Below are positions 8,492 through 16,745 of a stretch of DNA of 23,266 nt, one piece after another (position 1 is the stretch's first letter; each line of letters opens with the position of its first letter). The position numbers and the translations under genes were made by a program. Below the pieces are notes generated by a model, which was not told the origin of the DNA, ran no database searches, and saw nothing but the letters and a program-made list of their open reading frames with translations. Location of the stretch: the NCBI GenBank assembly GCA_037443035.1, contig JBBIPC010000011.1, forward strand, positions 1 to 23,266, read 5' to 3'. This DNA is from Chthonomonadales bacterium. Its GTDB lineage: Bacteria; Armatimonadota; Chthonomonadetes; Chthonomonadales; CAJBBX01.

Positions 8492-8523
8492 CCGGCGCAG
8501 GCCGACGCCTCGCGAACGCTGCA

Positions 8524-8536
8524 TGCTATCATATCC
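8524..8536 (+). promoter_or_regulatory. Extended -10 promoter (TG-C-TATCAT) for the DUF362-Gfo pair
   Basis: TGCTATCATATCC ends about 30 nt before ATG 8566; a purine-rich SD region lies between them. Confidence 0.55.
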
Positions 8537-8565
8537 AGAGAACGTAGCAAGGGGGAGCGTAGAGG

Positions 8566-9669
8566 ATGCCACGTGGCCGGGTCGCAGTACTCCATACGAC
8601 ACCAGAAACCGTCCTCGAAGACTACGCCAGGCTCATGGATCTGGCCGGGCTCACGGAGACTCTGCCGAAAGACCGCGACACCATCCTGAAGATCAACATC
8701 TCGTGGCACCACTACTTTCCGGCATGCTCCACCACCGCCTGGCAGTTCGACGCCGTCATCCGCAAGCTGAAGGCAGAGGGCTACCGCAACCTCATCCCTG
8801 CGCAGAACCGCACGGTCGTCGTGGATCCCAAGGTCGGCGCCGATCGCAACCACCTCACGCCAGTCGTTCGCAAACACGGCATGGACTTCGTCTACCTCTA
8901 CGAGCCAGGCATCGAATGGATCAAGTACGAGCCCAAAGCCAAGATGCTCGTCCTGGACAAGGTCTTCCCCGACGGCATCCTCATCCCCGCCATGTTCGTG
9001 GGAAAGAACGCGGTCCACCTGCCAACCACGAAAACCCATGTCTTCACGGGCATCACCGGCGCCATGAAGAACGCCTTCGGCGGCCTCCTGCGCGAGAACC
9101 GCCACTGGACTCATTCGGTCATCCACGAGACGCTGGTGGACCTCCTCGCCATCCAGCAGGAGATCCATCCCGGCCTCTTCGCGGTCATGGATGGCACCAT
9201 CGCTGGCGACGGTCCCGGACCGCGGGCCATGATGCCCCACGTCAAGAACACCATCCTGGCCAGCGCCGACCAGGTGGCCATAGACGCCATCGAGGCGAAG
9301 CTCATGGGCTTCGACCCCATGTCCTTCAAGTTCATCCGCCTGGCCCACGAAGCTGGGCTCGGCGTCGGCGATCCCAAGGAGATCGAAATCGTCGGCGACG
9401 ACATCAGTGGCATCAACTGGCACTTCCACGAAAAGCAGGAAACCCTGGCCAGCCGCGGCCAGAAGCTCATCTATTGGGGCCCGCTCAAACCCCTGGAGCA
9501 TCTCCTGCTGAGAACCTGGATCGTGCCGTGGTCCTACCTGGCGTCCCGCGCCTACCACGATGGCTACTGGTACCCCTTCGTCGGTCGCAGGCGGGTCGCC
9601 GAGATCATGAAGACCCCGTGGGGCGATCTATTCCGAAAGTACGGCAGCGTCGAGACCATCCCAGACTGA
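8566..9669 (+). CDS. DUF362 domain-containing protein
   Basis: Motifs LKINISWH, HLPTTKTH, TGAMKNAFG, VMDG..AGDGPGP and ILASADQVAIDA; strongly C/G-ending codons. Confidence 0.88.
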   Translation: MPRGRVAVLHTTPETVLEDYARLMDLAGLTETLPKDRDTILKINISWHHYFPACSTTAWQFDAVIRKLKAEGYRNLIPAQNRTVVVDPKVGADRNHLTPVVRKHGMDFVYLYEPGIEWIKYEPKAKMLVLDKVFPDGILIPAMFVGKNAVHLPTTKTHVFTGITGAMKNAFGGLLRENRHWTHSVIHETLVDLLAIQQEIHPGLFAVMDGTIAGDGPGPRAMMPHVKNTILASADQVAIDAIEAKLMGFDPMSFKFIRLAHEAGLGVGDPKEIEIVGDDISGINWHFHEKQETLASRGQKLIYWGPLKPLEHLLLRTWIVPWSYLASRAYHDGYWYPFVGRRRVAEIMKTPWGDLFRKYGSVETIPD

Positions 9670-9708
9670 CGCCCGTCCCCCATCGCTCATGAAAGGAAAT
9701 TCGAAGCC

Positions 9709-10725
9709 ATGATCCGCATGGCCTTGGTTGGCTGCGGCGGCATTTCGCACCTCCACCGCAACGCCATTCTGTCGCTACCAAACCGCGTCCGAGCCACCGT
9801 GACCGTGGACGCCGTCGAGGACCGTGCCCGCGCCGCGGCCGAGGAGCTTGGCGCAGATCATTGGACCACCGACTATCGGCAGGCCCTGGATCGCTGCGAC
9901 GCCGCGATCCTCGCCCTGCCCCATCATCTCCATCATCCCGTGGGCATGGCGTTCCTGCAGGCCGGCAAGCATGTGCTCATGGAGAAGCCCTTGGCGAACT
10001 GCGAGGTGGAGTGCCTGCAACTGATCGAGGCTTCCGCGGCGAACGGAGCAGTTCTGATGGTGGCCTACTGCATGCGCTACCACCCCCTCGTCCTGAAGCT
10101 TCGGGAGATCCTGAAATCCGGGGAATACGGCGCACCGTTCCATATGTCCATCTGGACCGAACAGCTCACGGAGGTCGAGCCGGACTCCTGGGTGGCTGAC
10201 CCCGAGAAACTCGGCGGCGGCCAGCTCTTCAGCCACGGCTGCCATTATGTGGACCTGCTGCTCTACTTCCTCGGAGCGGCCGTCAGTGGTACGCACATGG
10301 GGACGAACTTGGGCACCCCATGGATGCAGCGCGAGGGCACCAGCGACCTCGTCCTCAGCTTCGAGAGCGGCGCCCTGGGGTACCACGGTGCGACATGGGG
10401 CGCCCGCGGTTCGCGGCTCGGCTATGCCATCCACGCCCACACGCCGTCCGGGATGCTGGAGGCCGACATCACCCACGGCCGACTCTCTCTCCTGCGCTGG
10501 GGCGCAGAGACGGTGCTGACCGAGACAGGGCCGACGGTCAAGTACGGCCAGGCACAGCTCAGCCATTTCCTGGATTGCGTCGAAGGCGGGCTCCGACCCA
10601 TCACCGACGGACCGGACAGCCTCGCTGGCCTGCGGGTTATCTGGCACGTATACGAAGCCGAGCGTGAAGGACGCGTAGCCGACCTCCGCGGCCTCACCCT
10701 CGCCCAGGCGGACAGGAGGCCGTAG
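9709..10725 (+). CDS. Cytoplasmic Gfo/Idh/MocA family oxidoreductase
   Basis: LVGCGGI, LPHHLH, HVLMEKPLA, GGGQLFSHGCHYVD; AAAGGA SD upstream. Confidence 0.92.
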   Translation: MIRMALVGCGGISHLHRNAILSLPNRVRATVTVDAVEDRARAAAEELGADHWTTDYRQALDRCDAAILALPHHLHHPVGMAFLQAGKHVLMEKPLANCEVECLQLIEASAANGAVLMVAYCMRYHPLVLKLREILKSGEYGAPFHMSIWTEQLTEVEPDSWVADPEKLGGGQLFSHGCHYVDLLLYFLGAAVSGTHMGTNLGTPWMQREGTSDLVLSFESGALGYHGATWGARGSRLGYAIHAHTPSGMLEADITHGRLSLLRWGAETVLTETGPTVKYGQAQLSHFLDCVEGGLRPITDGPDSLAGLRVIWHVYEAEREGRVADLRGLTLAQADRRP

Positions 10726-10883
10726 CGCAGGCGTCTGCGCCGGCATTATCGGAACTGGGGTGCAGCCGGGACGGCTGCGCTACGAACGTATCGGTGGCTG
10801 AAGGTCCTCGTGACGGGCGTCGAGAACGAGGTGCAGCCGGGACGGCTGCGCTACGAACGTATCGGTCGAGACTGCTGCGCTAC
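10722..10883. repeat. Cluster of GTAG-type REP palindromes (REPIN/BIME-like) between convergent genes
   Basis: Forward copy GTAGCGCAGGCGTCTGCGCCGGC at 10722-10744. Reverse copies of GTAGCGCAGCCGTCCCGGCTGC at 10762-10783 and 10833-10854 (identical) and 10862-10883 (17/22). Exact 37-bp direct repeat at 10759-10795 and 10830-10866. Confidence 0.85.
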
Positions 10884-10899
10884 TGGGAATCGCCGTCGC

Positions 10900-13800
10900 T
10901 CATTGTATGGGAGAACGGAACGCCCCAGGCGCGACCTTCCTGCCGTTCACTTCCGGTGGGGTAGTGCCGGTGGCGGCGAGGACGTTGCCGTTGGCGTCGA
11001 GGACGACCAGCGATGGCCAGGCGCCCACTTCGGGCCAGCGGATCGTATGACCCGAGCCGGAGAGGCGCACCGTGACGGGGAGCGGCTTGGGTTCTTGGTC
11101 CCGGCGGAAGACAGCGACGAGCGTTCTCCCGTTAGCGGTTCGCGCGGTGGCGCGCCAAACCCCTGCGGGTGCCTCGAGCCGGACCGGCGGTTCCACTCCC
11201 GCAATCGCAGGCAGCCGGAGATAGAGGTTTCGCTGAGGATCGGCCGTGATCTCCGGTTCGCCGACGAACACGTCGCGGCCAGGCATGGCCTCCCAGGCTT
11301 CCGGTGCGGCCAACACCCTGCCCTGCCCGACGGCCACGCGCATCCAGTCGGCGATGCCGGCTTGGGTCCCTGCCCTGAGTGCGTCGGCCAAAGGCCCGGA
11401 TGTCGGGGGTATCGAGATGTACACTGTCGCGCCTGCTTCCGCCAAGGTTAGCAGCCTCGCTTGGACAGATGGCGGCATGCGCGAAGCGAACGGCGCCACC
11501 ACCAGGCGAACCGATCCCGGGGCCATGTCGGCCACCTGCGCCTCACCGACGACGTCGAAGCGAACGTTCGTCGCCAACAGACATTCCAATGCGGTTGCGA
11601 TGCCCTTCCAGGCCGCGGCCTCAGGTGCTCCCAGCCTCCACGAGTCCGGCATGACGAAAACGGTCTCCGCCGGCTGGTACGCGTGCGGCATCAGGTCCGA
11701 GACGGCGCGCAGGTTGCGCCAGAGCCGAAGGACAGGCTTGGGCCGGAGCGGGTTGTTGTAGGCCACGCCCCACGGGAACACGCCGTCGGGGTCGTCCGAC
11801 CAGCACCAGTTCTGGATCTTCGTCACGTCGTAGGCTATGGCCGCATGCACGATCCACCAGAGCTGCCGACGCTGCTCCTCTTCGGTACGGGCGATATGGT
11901 AGTGGCTTCCGCCTCGTTCGACGGTCCAAGCATCGTGCGTCTTGACACCGAACTCGCCGATGTTCATAGTCTTGCCCGCCCGGCGCATGTCGTTCCACTT
12001 GATGGTGGCGAGGAGCTGCGCGATGTCCTCTCGGGGCGGGCCGAAGTAGCCAAAGTTGGCCGCATCCATGCCGTCCATGGTGAGCCGTGAATCGATACCC
12101 CCGGACGGCCGCTGGTAATACTCGCTCGTGATGGGATGCTCGGTGTCCGCCTCTCGAATGGCCGATGTCAAGGCAGAGACCCAGCGGGTCACGAGGTGCG
12201 TTTGGAACTCGCGAATGTCCCGCACGCGCACACTGAACGGTTTGGCAGAAACATAGTCGGCCACCGGCACCTGTCCCAGCGGCTCCGGCACGGCCTCGTC
12301 GCCCCAAGCCTCTCGAAAGGCCGCGTCGGAGCCGTAACGCTGGCGCAAGAAGTCGTTCCAGAGGCGCCGGATGTCCGGAATGTCCTTCATCTGGAGCTGG
12401 AAGTCGCCGTCGAGGTAGTAGATAAGGCCGGGCACGTGCCGGTACCGCCAAGCGAAGCTCCGGCACATCTCCGCCTGCGCTTGCAGCGTCGCGTCATCTA
12501 CGACCACATCGTGCCCGATGAGCAACCCCGCCATGTACGGCAGTCCGAACCGCTGGGAGAGCTGGATGAGGGCGTCCATGCGGCGCCACTCCTCCTCGGT
12601 GTACCGATAGCCAGTCGGCGTATACTGGAGGTTCTCGAACATATGCAAGCCGTACTCGCGCATGGCGGCCAGGTCTCGGTACCACGTCAGCGGGCTGCGC
12701 GATGGCGAGAGGAACATGTTCGCGTAGGTGTCCGTGCCGAAGAGGGTGGCCCGCTGCTCAGGCCGACCTGGTACTTGCAGGGAAAAGCCGTTATCATGGT
12801 AGCGAATGCGGGGTCCGCGCTCCACCACGCGCGGATCGCGCACGCAGAAGCCGGTCTCGATCCAGTCGGATACGGCGCCTCGAGCATCGCGGATCACTGT
12901 GCGCACCCGCACAAAGTCCGGCGTGCCGCTTCGGACCTTGTAGGTGAACGTGAGCTGCGTCGGCAGGGACTGTCCGGCGGGGATGCGTCGCTTGGTCCGG
13001 TAGAGCGGTGCGGTGCTCCGGCCGGGAGCATCCATGATCACCTCGACATCGTGCGCTGGTGCCATGGCACGGCCGCGCGGCGACATGAGGTCCAGACGCA
13101 TCTGGACGACTTCGCCTTGCTCGTACATGGCGTAGTTGGTACTCAGCGCCGCCAAAGCCACGGGTTGTGCCAGGAGGTCGACGGTGCGACGGAGGATCTC
13201 CAACCCTGCGGTCGTTGCGAAAATGTCCCGGTTCGTCACTCCGAAGAGGGCCCAACGGGAACCGCCGAAAGGTCCGCTGCGATGCGTCACTAGCGCTCCT
13301 ACCGCTCCGGATAGGTTTCCTCGCGCGTCGCGGGCTTCTACGATCGGCTGCCATCTCGCGTTCTGCCGGAGCTGGGCAGTAGCATCGTAACCAGTTAGGC
13401 TGCCTGCGATCTGAAGTGTCGGCCACCCGGGCCACACGCCCACGCCTCGGACTCCGGACAAGGGCTGATCGGGGCTGAAGAGCGTCAGTTGGCCAGGAGC
13501 AACGCGGAGGGCATCGCCGGGTTCACCGTAATGGGCGTTGATCCGTTCCTCGGCTGGCAATGCGCCGCAGGTGACGTCGTCGATCCACAGGGTCCCGGAT
13601 GCCAAGTAGAGACCAGCGTGAAACAGAACACGGGCTGCCTTGGGATGGATGGCGATGACCGCCTCGCGGCGCGTCCAGTCGTGGCTTCCGGTGATTTGCG
13701 CGAAGTCGCGGAATGTAAGCAGCTCACCCGCGGCGTCGTATTGATAGACCGCCAGAAACGCATAGTGCGAACCGCGCACGTTCTCGTAGCGTACGTTGGC

Positions 13801-14907
13801 TCCAACAAGGTAGGTCTTGCCGGGTTCCACATCGAGCAGGTGCGTCCAGCGGGCGCCTGTACCCGCGTCGAGGACAGTCACTCGCCCACTGTAGCGTCCC
13901 GAAGCTGCGACACTGTCGTCCACAGCGCACGCCGGCCCGCCCGTCTGCCAGTGCTCGGCGCCGTCCTCGAAGCCACCGTTTTCGATGAGCGTGGAGCGGG
14001 CACGCTGCGTCTGGTTCTCGATATGCTTGCGGTACGGGACCCACTTGCCGCCCTCCCGGAGCACCAAGTGGTCGAAGGCGTATCCTCCTGTGCAAAGGAG
14101 GTCGCCGCCGGCCGTGAGAAACGACAACAAGGCCCTGCGGCATGTCGCCGGGAATGTGGCGCCGGTCGGCACGATGAACAGGTCGAAGCGCTCCGGCGAC
14201 AAGGCACCGTTTTCGATATCCGCCACGCGCAAGGACGTAAGGGGCACTCGTAGGGAGGCGAAGACCGTGCGGAATGTCCTGACCGGTGTCGCAGCTCCTC
14301 GAACCGGCAGCGACGGATCGTCCAGAATGGCGGCACGGTAAGGGAGGGGCCGTGCTGTCGGCAGACTGGGTTCGGACCACGGCTGGGGATGGTCCCCCGC
14401 GACGAGGTTCACGTCGTCGAACCAGGCGGTGCCCTGAGCCGCATGGATGCCGGCCCGCACCACCACATACTCGGTGGTAGAGGTCAACTTGGCCGTGTGC
14501 TCGTACAAGGTCCAGGGCGTCGTTCCGGTTACCTTGGCGAAGTCCACGAAGCGGACGAGCTGCCCCTGACGGTCGTACTCGTACAGCGCGAGAAAGGCGA
14601 ATCCGCCGCGATCCGTCGCAATTTCGCGCGTGCGAATCCATCCCGAGACGGACACGGTCATTCCGGCTTGCACAGACCAGACGGCTTGTTCGGCGGCAGC
14701 GCCCCGGTCGCCGTCGGCTCGGAGACAGCGGTAACCGGAATGGGGACTTTCGGCGACAATGCGCGTGTACTGACCGATAGTCCAGCTACCATCGCGCTCG
14801 AATCCACCGTTGCGGAAGAGGGATGGCACAGCAGCTGCGCTAGTGGTCAGGCAGCAGAGGGCGAGGAGGCTGACCAGTAGGTTGATCGGTCTGTTGGCTA
14901 GGGACAC
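10900..14907 (-). CDS. Large secreted multidomain glycoside-hydrolase-like protein (2x CBM4/9-like, class I GATase-like, Ig-like, clan GH-A/GH42-like barrel, GH42 trimerisation-like domain)
   Basis: Signal peptide ending AAA; two NGGFE...W(F/I)DDV modules; FDLFIVP...FLTAGGDLL; barrel with LIQLSQRFGL, IREADTEHPIT, IGEFG and NWCWSD; C-terminal VRFDVV...LVVAP. GTG start. Confidence 0.82.
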   Translation of the reverse strand: MSLANRPINLLVSLLALCCLTTSAAAVPSLFRNGGFERDGSWTIGQYTRIVAESPHSGYRCLRADGDRGAAAEQAVWSVQAGMTVSVSGWIRTREIATDRGGFAFLALYEYDRQGQLVRFVDFAKVTGTTPWTLYEHTAKLTSTTEYVVVRAGIHAAQGTAWFDDVNLVAGDHPQPWSEPSLPTARPLPYRAAILDDPSLPVRGAATPVRTFRTVFASLRVPLTSLRVADIENGALSPERFDLFIVPTGATFPATCRRALLSFLTAGGDLLCTGGYAFDHLVLREGGKWVPYRKHIENQTQRARSTLIENGGFEDGAEHWQTGGPACAVDDSVAASGRYSGRVTVLDAGTGARWTHLLDVEPGKTYLVGANVRYENVRGSHYAFLAVYQYDAAGELLTFRDFAQITGSHDWTRREAVIAIHPKAARVLFHAGLYLASGTLWIDDVTCGALPAEERINAHYGEPGDALRVAPGQLTLFSPDQPLSGVRGVGVWPGWPTLQIAGSLTGYDATAQLRQNARWQPIVEARDARGNLSGAVGALVTHRSGPFGGSRWALFGVTNRDIFATTAGLEILRRTVDLLAQPVALAALSTNYAMYEQGEVVQMRLDLMSPRGRAMAPAHDVEVIMDAPGRSTAPLYRTKRRIPAGQSLPTQLTFTYKVRSGTPDFVRVRTVIRDARGAVSDWIETGFCVRDPRVVERGPRIRYHDNGFSLQVPGRPEQRATLFGTDTYANMFLSPSRSPLTWYRDLAAMREYGLHMFENLQYTPTGYRYTEEEWRRMDALIQLSQRFGLPYMAGLLIGHDVVVDDATLQAQAEMCRSFAWRYRHVPGLIYYLDGDFQLQMKDIPDIRRLWNDFLRQRYGSDAAFREAWGDEAVPEPLGQVPVADYVSAKPFSVRVRDIREFQTHLVTRWVSALTSAIREADTEHPITSEYYQRPSGGIDSRLTMDGMDAANFGYFGPPREDIAQLLATIKWNDMRRAGKTMNIGEFGVKTHDAWTVERGGSHYHIARTEEEQRRQLWWIVHAAIAYDVTKIQNWCWSDDPDGVFPWGVAYNNPLRPKPVLRLWRNLRAVSDLMPHAYQPAETVFVMPDSWRLGAPEAAAWKGIATALECLLATNVRFDVVGEAQVADMAPGSVRLVVAPFASRMPPSVQARLLTLAEAGATVYISIPPTSGPLADALRAGTQAGIADWMRVAVGQGRVLAAPEAWEAMPGRDVFVGEPEITADPQRNLYLRLPAIAGVEPPVRLEAPAGVWRATARTANGRTLVAVFRRDQEPKPLPVTVRLSGSGHTIRWPEVGAWPSLVVLDANGNVLAATGTTPPEVNGRKVAPGAFRSPIQ

Positions 14908-14922
14908 GATCGGACGAGTTGC

Positions 14923-15690
14923 CTACTTCCCCATGGCACGGAGAGCAGCCAGAGCTCGCGCGGGCACATCGAAGCCCAAGCCGCCAGGGTCCTCCTGCTC
15001 GACGACGTACCACTCGGTGTTGTGGAGTGTCTCACAGAGGCGGAAGATCTCCGGCCAGTCTGCTGCACCCTCGCCCGGCACAGGATTCCCTGTGGCCCCC
15101 CACTCCTTGAGGTGAACGGTGCGGGCTCGACCCACGAACTCCCGGAGGGGCGCATAGGGATCCCCGCCGCCGCTGGCGCAGTTGCCGACGTCCATTTGCA
15201 TGATGACGCTCTGATTCGTTCGTCGGAACAGATGATTCCAGGCTGTGTCGCCCTCGACGATGGCGAAGTCGAATCCGTGAGCATGGTAGCCGCAGAACAT
15301 GCCATGTTCGGCGAGCCTATCGGAAGTATCGTTGAGAATACGAGCCAGGTCTTCGATGCCGGCCATGCTGGACATGCGTTCCTTGTCGGCGGCGACGATG
15401 AGGAAACGATTGCCCAGCGTCTGGTTCATCTCGACCGTCCGGGCCAGGTTATCACCCAGCAGCGCTCCGGTGGTGAGGTGCATGCCGCAGCACCGAAGGC
15501 CGACACCATCGTAGGCAGCTCGGAGTTCCGTCGGCGTCAGTCCCATCCATTCGAGCTTGTCTCCTGAGTAGCCCCAGGGTTCGGCGGCTACGTAGCCGAT
15601 CTCCGCGACACGCTGCAGCGTGCCTTTGACATCCTTCGCGACCTCACCACGGACAGAATACAACTGCAGTCCGATGGGCACCTTGGCCAT
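14923..15690 (-). CDS. Sugar phosphate isomerase/epimerase (AP_endonuc_2 TIM barrel)
   Basis: IGLQLYSVR, GYHAHGFDF, QMDVGN, VHLKE, GEG..DW, VVEQE. AAGGAGG spacing favours ATG 15690 over 15696. Confidence 0.9.
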   Translation of the reverse strand: MAKVPIGLQLYSVRGEVAKDVKGTLQRVAEIGYVAAEPWGYSGDKLEWMGLTPTELRAAYDGVGLRCCGMHLTTGALLGDNLARTVEMNQTLGNRFLIVAADKERMSSMAGIEDLARILNDTSDRLAEHGMFCGYHAHGFDFAIVEGDTAWNHLFRRTNQSVIMQMDVGNCASGGGDPYAPLREFVGRARTVHLKEWGATGNPVPGEGAADWPEIFRLCETLHNTEWYVVEQEDPGGLGFDVPARALAALRAMGK

Positions 15691-15803
15691 CTGCATAGCC
15701 CTCCTTCACGCATGTTCGCCGACGCGGACAACCCAGTGCGCCGCGTCGGTCTGGGTTACGATACCCAATGGGAGGGGTATTCGGCTGGCGGGTCGGTAGC
15801 CCT

Positions 15804-16745
15804 TCAGGGAGTCAGCGTGATGTTCACGGTCACGGGTTGGTCCAGACGCGTGACGTTGGCGTCCACCGTCTGCGTTTGGTACCCGGTCCGTTCCGCGCGA
15901 ATCCTGTATTGGCCGACGGGTACCCAGAAGCCGTACGAGCCGTCATCCAGGGTGAGGACGGAGCCAAGCTCTGCCCCGTCCGAGGCGCGGATAAGCGTCA
16001 CCGTGGTGCCTGTGTGCACCGACTGGCCCTGGAGCGTGACCTTCCCACGTATGGTGGTCGGGCCGCCCGGAATGCCGCCGACCGGAGGAGAGATGACGAT
16101 GTCACCCAGGTGGTTCACGAGGTTATCGGGCGGTGCGGTGGCTCCCAGGGGGAAGTCAATGTAGATCGGCTTGTCCTCGAAACCTGTGGCACGAACGAGG
16201 CCGATCTGCACATCGGGGCCCCCCAGTCCCACCGGCAGACCTGTGATGGCGAACGTACCGTCGGCGGCCGAAGTGGCGACCTTGCCAGAGATCCGAATCA
16301 TTGCGCCGGCTACCGGTGCGAGGGTATCAGCCCGCACGATGGTGCCGTCCACGTCGGCGTTGTAGGTCGAATCAGTAAGAAAGATATCGCCTAGGTCGTT
16401 GACGCTGTTGGGCGTCAGGGTCGGTAGTGTCTGGCGAAGCGTCGTCATGCCTGCGGCGGATACGACGATCTCTGTTGCAGATGCCGACGCGTTCCGGATG
16501 ATGAACGTGCCGTCCGTGAGGGTCTGAACTGGAGAAGCGCCAGCGACGGAGACGGTGGCGGCAGGGTTCGGCGGTTGTCCCGTTGTGACCAGAAGGATGC
16601 GGCCGCGAATGTCCGCAGGCAGTCCTCCGCCTCCGCCCCCACAGCCCACGCTTCCTCCCATAGTCGCGCCGACAACAGTCCAGCAGACCGAAAGCGTCAC
16701 TGCCCGCCGAAAGGTACCCATCCGCGTCTCCTTCGTCGCTCTCAT
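15804..16745 (-). CDS. Lipoprotein with three carboxypeptidase-regulatory-like (prealbumin-fold) beta domains
   Basis: Lipobox-like SVGC followed by GGGGGG; three repeats of IRGRI/VDGTI/IRGKV...DG(T/S)(F/Y). ATG 16745 overlaps the upstream TGA; ATG 16721 has an AAGGAG SD and is an alternative start. Confidence 0.85.
   Translation of the reverse strand: MRATKETRMGTFRRAVTLSVCWTVVGATMGGSVGCGGGGGGLPADIRGRILLVTTGQPPNPAATVSVAGASPVQTLTDGTFIIRNASASATEIVVSAAGMTTLRQTLPTLTPNSVNDLGDIFLTDSTYNADVDGTIVRADTLAPVAGAMIRISGKVATSAADGTFAITGLPVGLGGPDVQIGLVRATGFEDKPIYIDFPLGATAPPDNLVNHLGDIVISPPVGGIPGGPTTIRGKVTLQGQSVHTGTTVTLIRASDGAELGSVLTLDDGSYGFWVPVGQYRIRAERTGYQTQTVDANVTRLDQPVTVNITLTP

Noticed and set aside
8528..8568. 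SAM-I riboswitch suggested by ATCCAGAG...GAT
   Set aside because: Far too short and lacks the P2/kink-turn, GCAACC and GTGC elements.
8468..8602. N-terminal extension of the epimerase fusion to 8602
   Set aside because: It would overlap the divergent DUF362 start and both promoter candidates; family-like sequence begins after ATG 8467.
10759..10866. Mini-CRISPR array (37-bp repeats, 34-bp spacer)
   Set aside because: Only two full units, additional inverted and nested partial copies, a GTAG+palindrome core typical of REPs, no AT-rich leader, no GAAA(C/G)-type end and no cas genes in the window.
16625..16645. Poly-Gly codon run as a phase-variable repeat
   Set aside because: Mixed Gly codons rather than a simple-sequence tract; it is an ordinary lipoprotein tether.
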